A stretch of DNA of 34,106 nt from Bacteroidales bacterium. GTDB taxonomy: Bacteria; Bacteroidota; Bacteroidia; Bacteroidales; SMBSF77. This document shows, piece by piece, positions 24,820 to 33,092 of this stretch. The position numbers and the translations under genes were made by a program. A model generated the notes under the pieces. The model worked only from the letters and a program-made list of their open reading frames with translations. It made no database searches and was not told the origin of the DNA. The DNA is taken from the NCBI GenBank assembly GCA_021106655.1, contig JAIOTT010000066.1, positions 1-34,106 of the forward strand, written 5' to 3'. Within the stretch, counting starts at the first letter, position 1. Each line of letters opens with the position of its first letter.

Positions 24820-25192
24820 CTTTAGTTTTTGTTCCAGGATCACCGGGAAGATTGCTGTCCATATTGCAACTTCCTGAGAATTTGGCACCAGGTTCTATAG
24901 ACAGTTTATTCGTGATTATATCTCCCGCTAGTTTCGAAGAGGCTTTCAAGGCCATTAATTCGCTAACTTTAACATTCGCTCTTATCTCTCCTGAGAAATC
25001 AGCATTCTGGCAATATATTTCACCCTCCACAATACCGGTATTTCCAACTATAATTTTCCCTTTACAATCAATTGAGCCTATAAGAGTACCATCGATACGA
25101 AAATTTCCGCTTGATTTAATATCTCCTTTAATAACTGTGCCTGCACCAATAGTATTGATAGATTGAGAATCTATTTCAACATTCTTTGCCAT
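24782..25192 (-). CDS. Bactofilin-family cytoskeletal protein
   Basis: The ATG at 25192 gives MAKNVEIDSQSINTIGAGTVIKGDIKSSGNFRIDGTLIGSIDCKGKIIVG.., a beta-helix repeat pattern with a Lys/Glu-rich tail. The track start at 25219 is TTG. Confidence 0.8.
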   Translation of the reverse strand: MAKNVEIDSQSINTIGAGTVIKGDIKSSGNFRIDGTLIGSIDCKGKIIVGNTGIVEGEIYCQNADFSGEIRANVKVSELMALKASSKLAGDIITNKLSIEPGAKFSGSCNMDSNLPGDPGTKTKDEANKAKEEAVK

Positions 25193-25273
25193 TTTTATTT
25201 TCTTTTTTCTAGTTAACAATCGCTGATTTTTAGATCAAACAAAGATAGGGAATTTTCTTTTGTGTTTTGAATC

Positions 25274-27925
25274 TTAATTATTCAGATAATTCTCCTGATA
25301 AAAACTCATATATTGCTCAATCTCCCTGTTTTTATAAAACACCGGATAATTATCAACTGATATCGCAAAATCCTTATAATCAGTATTTTTAAGTTTAGTG
25401 AAAATATAATCACTCCGGTTAATAGCATCGTAATAATTAATCGCCCTGTCTTTATCTGAGAAATTACTTACAGTTACAATCTGATGCATATCATCAAGAA
25501 AAACACTTGTTATTGTAAGTTTGTCAAGACTATAATACTTTGCATTAAAGTCAGATATCTTAATCTTCAGGGCATTAATATTAACTTCTTTAATATTAAC
25601 TACTAATGCATATAAATGGATTGCTCCTGCATCATAGCTATATATATTAAAGTTTGTTTGAGTTCCCGTAGAGCCTCCGGCTATAGTCCCATCTCCTGAA
25701 GAAACGATAGTATCAACACCAGTAAGACGTCCAAGAATTAACTGTGCGAGTGGCATCACTTCACTCCCGGGATAGGTTGACAGCAGGCCTTCCAGCGAAG
25801 ATTTTAAAGTATCCACACTGTTTGTAATTCCAAGCGACAAAGCTTTCAGATATGAAAATTTTGCAAGAAGCTCTATGTCAGAATAATTATTAAGAGCTTC
25901 ATTACTGTTATTTATAACAACAGCATACTCCCTGTTTTGATATGCAAGATAAGTTTGTTTATAAAGTTTTGAAGCAAGGTCTTTACTCGCCTGGATTTGC
26001 TTATAATAATCCGGATCAAGAATAATATTTGCATAATCGCTATCAGGATATTTGGTAAGGATCTGGTTCTTATAAAAATCAGACTTTGGGCTTTCACCTA
26101 GTTCTGCATAAAGTTTATATAGCTGATAAAATACTTTTAATTCATATAAGCTGTCGTTTGGGTATCTCTCCAGAAGTTCCTCATAAGACTCTACTGACTT
26201 CCCATAATCATTCAGACCTTCCTGATATATTACACCCAGATCAAATAAAGCTTTAATAATTTTCTGGTTTGAAATTGCCATAAGTTCATCAGATAAAGGA
26301 ATATTTTTCAGATAAGTATTTCGCTTTTTGGGGTCATTAGCTAATCTCAGGCTGTCGGCCAAAAGAGAATCGCCAGCAGCAATACCATCTTCTCCAAAAT
26401 CCATCGACATTATTTGTTTATTACTTAATCTCCAATTATCCTCCAGTTTTCTTTTCCCCCATTTTTTCATGAATTCAGTATATCCAAAACTCATAGCCGA
26501 AGTATTATAGAAATACCATCCTCCTCCTGTTTGCATATTTCTATTCGTTTGACGATTTGTCTGCTCTAAAAAGCCCAGTCCTCTCTGCATTTCCATCTCC
26601 ATTGCTCTTTCGAGTTGCTCCTGACGGTTTATCTCAGCAATTATATCATCAATAATTTTAGTTCTCTCTTCCTCTGTCATTCCGGCAAGTTTCTGCAGGC
26701 TGTCTTCTAAACTGATAATTTCAAGGTTATCCACCAGATCAGAAAGTAATTGAGCTTTATTTGCTATTATATCATAATCGGGGTAGTCGCTTGGAAGAAC
26801 CTGCATGGTAGTATCATAATAAGCTTCAGCCAGCTTATAATCAGGCTCCTCAAAATAAATATCAGCAAGTCTTAAAGCAGAAATAGATTTTTGATGATTA
26901 TTTGAAACACTTGTACTAACAGATTTTTTAAGGTACTCAATTGCTACAGGAATATCATTTTCCTTAAAAGATATTTCAGCTAATGCAAAATATATCTGAT
27001 CAAAATATTCACTATTCTTCTCATCCCTGAGCATTTTCGCAAGCCTTTTAATAAGCTGCTTGCTATCGCCGCTAGCTGCATCATAACATTTCGCCAGGTT
27101 GATCTTGGAATTAAATGCCATGATATAAGGACAATTGCGCTTGATGACCTTTCTATAATGATCTGAAGCGAGGTCAAGCATTCCTCTTTTTTGATAAATT
27201 TGGGCTATAATAAAATTCAGGCGGTATTTTAATTGTCTCTTAGTTGTTAACCTGACTGCTTTTAATAAATGTTCAAGAGCCGGAGGATAGTTTTCCTGAC
27301 TAATGTAAAAATCCGCATATATTAAAGCCAAATCCTTATTAAGCTTTTCATAAGCTTGTTTTCGGTTTATTTTATTTTGAACCAGATCAAGCAATGATTC
27401 AGCCTGGCTGAATTCATCGAGTTGGTTATGAGTTCTGGCTTTCCATAGCATTGCGTCATAAATAATAGGATTTTTCCTGTACCTGCTAACAATAAAATCG
27501 AATGTACGTTTAGCCATTTTATATTCCTTTTTATAGAAAAAGGCCTTTCCCATCAATAGGTAACTATCGTCAATCCATTTAACATGTTCCTTTCTTTTTA
27601 TATATATGGAATGTCGATCGATAACTTTGGTTGCTTTTTCAATGGCTCTGTCCATATAAGGACCAACAGACTGTGCTTCGGCTTTAGTACCATAATTATA
27701 TACCGGAAGGACTTTATTATAATTATCAGCAGTAATATTACTCAATTCAAACACCCCTGCTTTTAAGGCTTCGTTCCCATTCCAATAAGCATTATAATGA
27801 GCAGTAAGATTATGATATGCCCTGCTTGTGAACGTATTTTTCTTGGTAGAGCAGGAATTAACAAAAATAGCTGCAATAATAATGGCCGAAAGGCCTAATG
27901 TTCTAATAAATCTCTTAATGATCAA
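25274..27925 (-). CDS. Large TPR-repeat lipoprotein, PorW/SprE-like (type IX secretion/gliding associated)
   Basis: 883-aa ORF with signal peptide and lipobox (FVNSC). The sequence STKKNTFTSRAYHNLTAHYNAYWNG after the Cys resembles the SprE/PorW N-terminus as I recall it. Multiple TPR-like helices follow. Confidence 0.55.
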   Translation of the reverse strand: MIIKRFIRTLGLSAIIIAAIFVNSCSTKKNTFTSRAYHNLTAHYNAYWNGNEALKAGVFELSNITADNYNKVLPVYNYGTKAEAQSVGPYMDRAIEKATKVIDRHSIYIKRKEHVKWIDDSYLLMGKAFFYKKEYKMAKRTFDFIVSRYRKNPIIYDAMLWKARTHNQLDEFSQAESLLDLVQNKINRKQAYEKLNKDLALIYADFYISQENYPPALEHLLKAVRLTTKRQLKYRLNFIIAQIYQKRGMLDLASDHYRKVIKRNCPYIMAFNSKINLAKCYDAASGDSKQLIKRLAKMLRDEKNSEYFDQIYFALAEISFKENDIPVAIEYLKKSVSTSVSNNHQKSISALRLADIYFEEPDYKLAEAYYDTTMQVLPSDYPDYDIIANKAQLLSDLVDNLEIISLEDSLQKLAGMTEEERTKIIDDIIAEINRQEQLERAMEMEMQRGLGFLEQTNRQTNRNMQTGGGWYFYNTSAMSFGYTEFMKKWGKRKLEDNWRLSNKQIMSMDFGEDGIAAGDSLLADSLRLANDPKKRNTYLKNIPLSDELMAISNQKIIKALFDLGVIYQEGLNDYGKSVESYEELLERYPNDSLYELKVFYQLYKLYAELGESPKSDFYKNQILTKYPDSDYANIILDPDYYKQIQASKDLASKLYKQTYLAYQNREYAVVINNSNEALNNYSDIELLAKFSYLKALSLGITNSVDTLKSSLEGLLSTYPGSEVMPLAQLILGRLTGVDTIVSSGDGTIAGGSTGTQTNFNIYSYDAGAIHLYALVVNIKEVNINALKIKISDFNAKYYSLDKLTITSVFLDDMHQIVTVSNFSDKDRAINYYDAINRSDYIFTKLKNTDYKDFAISVDNYPVFYKNREIEQYMSFYQENYLNN

Positions 27926-27990
27926 TTAACTTATTTCTAATACAATAACGACAAACAACAACAGTTTACGTCCTAATAACTATAATTGTG

Positions 27991-27998
27991 CAAAATTA
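27991..27998 (-). promoter_or_regulatory. Bacteroidota-type -7 box on the minus strand
   Basis: The reverse complement reads TAATTTTG, about 66 nt upstream of the 27925 start. Confidence 0.4.
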
Positions 27999-28074
27999 TT
28001 TTATTTTTTTCAAAACCAAATAAATTAGTAAACTATTTTCATCACGATCACAATTAGACAAAAACTCCAAACAC

Positions 28075-28119
28075 TTTAAATACTCTAAATACTCTAAATA
28101 CTCTAAATACTTTAAGTAC
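28075..28119. repeat. 9-bp tandem repeat TYTAAATAC x5 (three perfect TCTAAATAC units flanked by variants)
   Basis: tttaaatac tctaaatac tctaaatac tctaaatac tttaagtac, located in the divergent spacer between the PorW-like and M23 genes. Confidence 0.9.
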
Positions 28120-28162
28120 TTCTAACATATTTTGCACCCGGATATTATAAAATTCTCTATTG

Positions 28163-29053
28163 ATGCCTGTTGAAGAAAAAAATAAAAAGAAAAAGTGGAT
28201 TCATAAGCTTCGAAACAAATACCGTCTGGTAATTATGAATGATGAAACTTATGAAGAGAGATTATCATTCAGGCTATCACGCTTAAATGTATTTGTTTTT
28301 ACAGGAGCAATTGCGATACTTTTAATTATTCTTACTATTTACATCATTGCTTTCACACCTCTGCGTGAGTATATCCCCGGGTATACTGATGTAAGCTTAC
28401 AGAAAAACATCTACGACTTACAGCTTAGAGCCGATTCTCTGGAACAAACGTGTAGGGTAAATGACTTATACATTCATAATATTAATAATATTATTAGCGG
28501 CAAAGAGATTGTTGAAGCTTTGCCGGAACTACCTGAATCGACTGCCAATTACGACAGCATAAAACTTGAGAGATCAGTTGAAGATTCATTATTGAGAGCT
28601 GAAATGGAAAGCCAGGATCAATATAATATCGCATTTTATAATGAGCCTGAAGAATTGTACAAAGGAAAAGTAACATCAATAGCTAATTTTAATTTCTTTA
28701 CTCCACTTAAAGGAATTATCACCAATAATTTTAATCCCGCTGAAAATCATTATGGTGTAGATATCGTGGCAAAAAGAAATGATGCCATTAAGGCAACTCT
28801 TGATGGTACCGTAATCTTTGCCGACTGGACTCTGGAAACAGGATTTATAATCGGAATTCAACATCAACGAAACTTAATATCTGTATACAAACATAATTCT
28901 TCACTATTAAAAAAAGAGGGAAATGTTGTTAAAGCAGGGTAACCTATAGCCATAATAGGTGAAAGCGGTGAATTATCCACCGTGCCACATCTGCATTTTG
29001 AACTGTGGTTTAATGGTAAACCTATTAATCCAAGAGATTATTTAACTTTCTAA
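28163..29053 (+). pseudogene. M23-family metallopeptidase (membrane anchored) interrupted by an in-frame TAA at 28940-28942
   Basis: NHYGVDIV (HxxxD) lies upstream of the stop. The frame continues ..VKAG-TAA-PIAIIGESGELSTVPHLHFELWFNGKPINPRDYLTF to the TAA at 29051-29053, so the catalytic HLH motif is stranded downstream. Confidence 0.75.
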
Positions 29054-29183
29054 AAGCAAAAAGTTATTTGTTATACGTTATAAGTTAAATGATTAAAAAC
29101 TCTTACATATTCCTAATAACTAATAACATATAACTTATAACAATTTATTTATAGGACAAAGTATTAAGGAGTTTATACCTGCA

Positions 29184-30341
29184 ATGAAGAAACGAATAGC
29201 AATATTAGGATCTACCGGCTCGATTGGTATTCAAGCACTTGAAGTTATCAGGCAACATTCTGATGTTTTTGAGCTGGAGGTCCTTACTGCCCAAAACAAT
29301 ATAAAACTATTAATTTCACAAGCCAGAGAATTTAAACCAAACGCTGTAGTCATTGGCAATGAAGATTATTATCTACAGGTATTTGAAGCCTTAAATGATT
29401 TAGGAATAAAGATATTTGCCGGAGAAGAATCTATTTCTCAAATAGTAGAAATGGACACTATTGATATTGTTCTTGTAGCTCTTGTTGGTTTTGCCGGTCT
29501 TAAACCAAGCATATCAGCTATTGAGGCCGGAAAGCATATTGCCCTTGCAAACAAGGAAACTATTGTAGTTGCCGGAGAGATCATTATGCAAATGGCAGAA
29601 AAGAAACATGTAAGAATCTACCCGGTTGACTCAGAACATTCTGCAATATTTCAATGCCTTATCGGTGAGAATAGCAATAGTGTTGAAAAAATTTACCTGA
29701 CTGCTTCAGGGGGTCCTTTCCTGGGGAAGGATATTAATTACCTTAAAGGTGTTAAAAAAGAAGACGCACTTGCTCATCCAAACTGGGATATGGGGCAGAA
29801 AATTTCAATCGATTCCGCAAGCCTGATGAATAAAGGTTTTGAAGTAATTGAAGCCAAATGGTTATTCGGTTTGCAAGCAGATCAAATAGAAGTGATAATT
29901 CACCCTCAATCAATAATACACTCAATAGTCCAGTTCAAAGATGGTTCTATGAAAGCGCAGATGGGCCTGCCGGATATGAAGCTACCAATTCTTTATGCCT
30001 TGTCATATCCGGAGAGGTTAAAAACAAAATTTCCACGTTTTAATTTCCTGGATTATCCCGAACTAAATTTTGAAACTCCCAATATAAAAAAATTTCGTAA
30101 TCTTGCACTCGCTTATGAAGCTCTTCAAAATGGAGGAAGTATGCCTTGCATCTTAAATGCAGCAAATGAAATCGCAGTAGATGCTTTTTTAAATGATCGT
30201 ATTGGGTTTTTAGATATACCACATATATTAGAAAAAAGTATACAATCAGTTGAGTTTATCAAAAATCCGACATTTGAAGACCTTATTGCCACGAACACTG
30301 AAGCAAGAAAAAAAGCCGAAGAACTTATTAAAAAAATTTGA
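29184..30341 (+). CDS. dxr: 1-deoxy-D-xylulose 5-phosphate reductoisomerase
   Basis: 385-aa ORF with ILGSTGSIG, LANKETIV, PVDSEHSA, LTASGGPF, HPNWDMG and NAANE. Confidence 0.92.
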   Translation: MKKRIAILGSTGSIGIQALEVIRQHSDVFELEVLTAQNNIKLLISQAREFKPNAVVIGNEDYYLQVFEALNDLGIKIFAGEESISQIVEMDTIDIVLVALVGFAGLKPSISAIEAGKHIALANKETIVVAGEIIMQMAEKKHVRIYPVDSEHSAIFQCLIGENSNSVEKIYLTASGGPFLGKDINYLKGVKKEDALAHPNWDMGQKISIDSASLMNKGFEVIEAKWLFGLQADQIEVIIHPQSIIHSIVQFKDGSMKAQMGLPDMKLPILYALSYPERLKTKFPRFNFLDYPELNFETPNIKKFRNLALAYEALQNGGSMPCILNAANEIAVDAFLNDRIGFLDIPHILEKSIQSVEFIKNPTFEDLIATNTEARKKAEELIKKI

Positions 30342-30347
30342 TCATAA

Positions 30348-31670
30348 ATGGAAATCTTAATAAAAGCCTCACAACTAATTCTGAGTTTATCAATATTGGT
30401 AATATTCCATGAATTTGGACATTTTACTGCAGCAAAAATATTCAAAACAAGAGTGGAGAAATTCTACCTGTTTTTCAATCCCTGGTTTTCTTTATTGAAA
30501 ATTAAAATAGGTGAAACTTTATACGGAATCGGATGGCTACCCCTTGGAGGATATGTGAAAATATCCGGTATGATTGATGAGTCAATGGACAAGGAGCAGT
30601 TAAAACAACCACCTCAACCGTGGGAGTTCCGTTCCAAGCCTGCCTGGCAAAGACTTATTATAATGCTTGGCGGAGTTATTGTTAATGTTATTCTTGCCAT
30701 TTTTATTTATATTTTCATGCTTTTTTTCTGGGGTGAAGAATATCTTCCAACCAAAGAAGTTAAATATGGTATTACCTGTGATTCGCTTGCTTTGGAAGCC
30801 GGATTACGTAACGGAGATAAAATTATTTCGATAGATGGTGAAGCTGTAGAGATATTTAGAGAAATCCCAGCCAAGATAATTCTCGATGATGTTAAAACAA
30901 TACAGATCATTCGAGAAGAATCCGAACATGAAATAAATATTCCTCCTGAATTTATTGGAAAACTCATCAAAACAAAATCAGTCAATTTTATTGGTATCCG
31001 ATTCCCTTTTGAGGTTGAGAAGTTCTCGAAAAACTCTCCAGCCAGAGATGCTGGAATTATGATAGATGATAAAATCATTGGTATTAATGACGTAAACACT
31101 GTCTTTTTTGATGAGTTCAGAAATGAAATTCTTGAGCATAAAGGTGAAGAAATTTCTATGGTTATTATCAGAGATATCGACACACTTAGAAAAAATGTAA
31201 GCGTTGGAGAAAACGGACTTGTTGGCATACACGGAAAATCCCTTGATAATTATTTTACTTTTAAAAAGAAAGATTACTCAATAGTACAAGCATTTCCGGC
31301 GGGTTTAAATAAAGCTGTTAAAGGAATTAACAACTATTTTAAACAACTAAGACTTTTATTCTCTCCCGAGGTTAAAGCTTACGAATCAGTTGGTGGGTTT
31401 ATCTCTATCGCAGATATTTTCCCTCCAATATGGGACTGGCATGCATTCTGGAGTTTAACAGCCTTCCTTTCAATTATGCTTGCAATATTAAATGTGCTCC
31501 CTATTCCTGCTCTTGATGGTGGCCATGTTATGTTCCTTTTTTATGAAATAATTACCAGAAGAAAACCGGGAGATAAATTCATGGAATATGCACAAGTAGT
31601 CGGAATGATTTTATTATTCTCACTGCTGATATTTGCAAATGCAAATGATATCATTAAGCTATTCGATTAG
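30348..31670 (+). CDS. rseP: RIP site-2 metalloprotease (M50 family, PDZ-containing)
   Basis: 440-aa ORF with HEFGHF, central PDZ-like segments and LNVLPIPALDGGH. Confidence 0.9.
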   Translation: MEILIKASQLILSLSILVIFHEFGHFTAAKIFKTRVEKFYLFFNPWFSLLKIKIGETLYGIGWLPLGGYVKISGMIDESMDKEQLKQPPQPWEFRSKPAWQRLIIMLGGVIVNVILAIFIYIFMLFFWGEEYLPTKEVKYGITCDSLALEAGLRNGDKIISIDGEAVEIFREIPAKIILDDVKTIQIIREESEHEINIPPEFIGKLIKTKSVNFIGIRFPFEVEKFSKNSPARDAGIMIDDKIIGINDVNTVFFDEFRNEILEHKGEEISMVIIRDIDTLRKNVSVGENGLVGIHGKSLDNYFTFKKKDYSIVQAFPAGLNKAVKGINNYFKQLRLLFSPEVKAYESVGGFISIADIFPPIWDWHAFWSLTAFLSIMLAILNVLPIPALDGGHVMFLFYEIITRRKPGDKFMEYAQVVGMILLFSLLIFANANDIIKLFD

Positions 31671-31691
31671 TTAATACAAAGAACCTTATTT

Positions 31692-32612
31692 TTACGATTC
31701 TATTTTTTCTTTCAATGACTTGAAACCTTCTCCAAGAATCTCATTAGCATTGTGAACTGTTAAAAATGCATCCGGATCAATTTCATTAATAAACGATTCC
31801 AATATTGCAAGTTCCCTCCTGTTAACAACAGTAAATATAACAGGCTTGTCTGAATTGTCGTACATCCCCTTTCCCTGTATATATGTTCCACCTCTGTTCA
31901 GGTCATTAATAATTTTGTCACGTATTTCCTTATGCTTTTTTGAAATAATCATTAAAGATTTGTCATAACTAATTCCCTCAAGCACTACATCAATAACCTT
32001 CCCGGTTATAAAAATAACGATCCATGAATAAAGAGGAATTTTCCAGTCCTGGAAGGCTATTAAACCAACCAGTACAATAACAGAATCAACGTAAATCATT
32101 AACTGGCCCAATGGTAATTTTGTATATTTACTAATGATCATTGCAATTATATCAGATCCTCCTGACGTTGCTTTGGATTTAAAAATTAAGCCAAGACCTA
32201 ATCCTAACAAAACACCACCAAAAACAGAAGATAACAAAGCATCATCCATGACTAGGGGGGCATCTCCATAGAAATATGTCAGGCCATCCATAAAAACTGA
32301 TGTTAAAACAAAGCCTAAAACTGTTTTGAATCCAAACCGAGGTCCCAAAACCTTAATCCCTATAATTGTTAAAGGAATATTCAGTATTAACCCTGTTAAA
32401 CCTATAGGGAGTCCATCCGGAGCAAACGAAAACATCCCTTTTGTAACAGAATGAATTACAATAGCTATCCCATAAACACCTCCTGGAACGATAGTATATG
32501 GTGAGATAAAAAACACAAAACCCGCAGCTAAAATAAATGATCCAATAATTATTTTGCTGTATGAAATAAACCACTTCTTTGAAAACAATTTGTCTTTAGG
32601 TACAAAAGTCAT
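31692..32612 (-). CDS. YitT-family membrane protein with C-terminal DUF2179-like domain
   Basis: 306-aa ORF with 5-6 TM helices and a soluble tail ..GGTYIQGKGMY...VIFTVVNRRELAILESFINEIDPDAFLTV. Confidence 0.7.
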   Translation of the reverse strand: MTFVPKDKLFSKKWFISYSKIIIGSFILAAGFVFFISPYTIVPGGVYGIAIVIHSVTKGMFSFAPDGLPIGLTGLILNIPLTIIGIKVLGPRFGFKTVLGFVLTSVFMDGLTYFYGDAPLVMDDALLSSVFGGVLLGLGLGLIFKSKATSGGSDIIAMIISKYTKLPLGQLMIYVDSVIVLVGLIAFQDWKIPLYSWIVIFITGKVIDVVLEGISYDKSLMIISKKHKEIRDKIINDLNRGGTYIQGKGMYDNSDKPVIFTVVNRRELAILESFINEIDPDAFLTVHNANEILGEGFKSLKEKIES

Positions 32613-32844
32613 AAATCCTCCTTTATCTTTATATAAAAATAATAACTTAAACTACTTATAATAAATCTCTTAACTACAATATCAACTAAATATCACTCAT
32701 TAAAGGCCGGCAAAAGTAAATAATTTTTCCATATCCAATAATAATTTAAAATTAATTTTCAAGGCAATACTAAATATTATGAATCAAGAATTGAAATATC
32801 CATATAACCAACTTATTAAACAAGTTATGAATGATTAATAATAT

Positions 32845-32934
32845 TTTTTACCCTCCCCAACCCCTCCCTACAAGTAGGGAAGGGCTTATAAGTGTTCTCC
32901 CACTATTCCTAGGGGGAGTTAGAGGGGGTAAAAA
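32845..32934. repeat. ~90-nt composite C-tract/G-tract palindromic element
   Basis: The outer arms TTTTTACCCTCCCCAAC.. and ..GTTAGAGGGGGTAAAAA have 9 perfect terminal bp, then imperfect pairing. The inner hairpin is CCCTCCCTAC-AA-GTAGGGAAGGG. GC content is strikingly above the surrounding spacer. Confidence 0.75.
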
Positions 32935-33092
32935 TTGAAGAGATAAATAGTAGTAGTTTATATTTATAGACAGACTCAAAATAAGTTACAATAATTATTA
33001 TAAGCATTTGTCGTTCATACTAATATTGTTAAAAAACCATCTTGAAGTTCTGATCATAATTATTTATTTTAGCATCTTATTCATTCCCGGAT

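Noticed and set aside
24810-25166. Long antisense ORFs in the track, such as 24810-25166 (+), 30707-31228 (-), 12273-12578 (-), 839-1198 (-), 2657-3016 (-), 13155-13472 (-) and 17460-17771 (-).
   Set aside because: Each lies wholly inside a well-supported gene on the opposite strand. Their composition is low-complexity or Ser/Ile/Phe-rich, as is typical of shadow frames, and none has recognisable motifs.
28075-28119. A CRISPR-like array.
   Set aside because: The units are 9 bp long and directly abutting with no spacers. There are no cas genes in the window. It is a simple tandem repeat.
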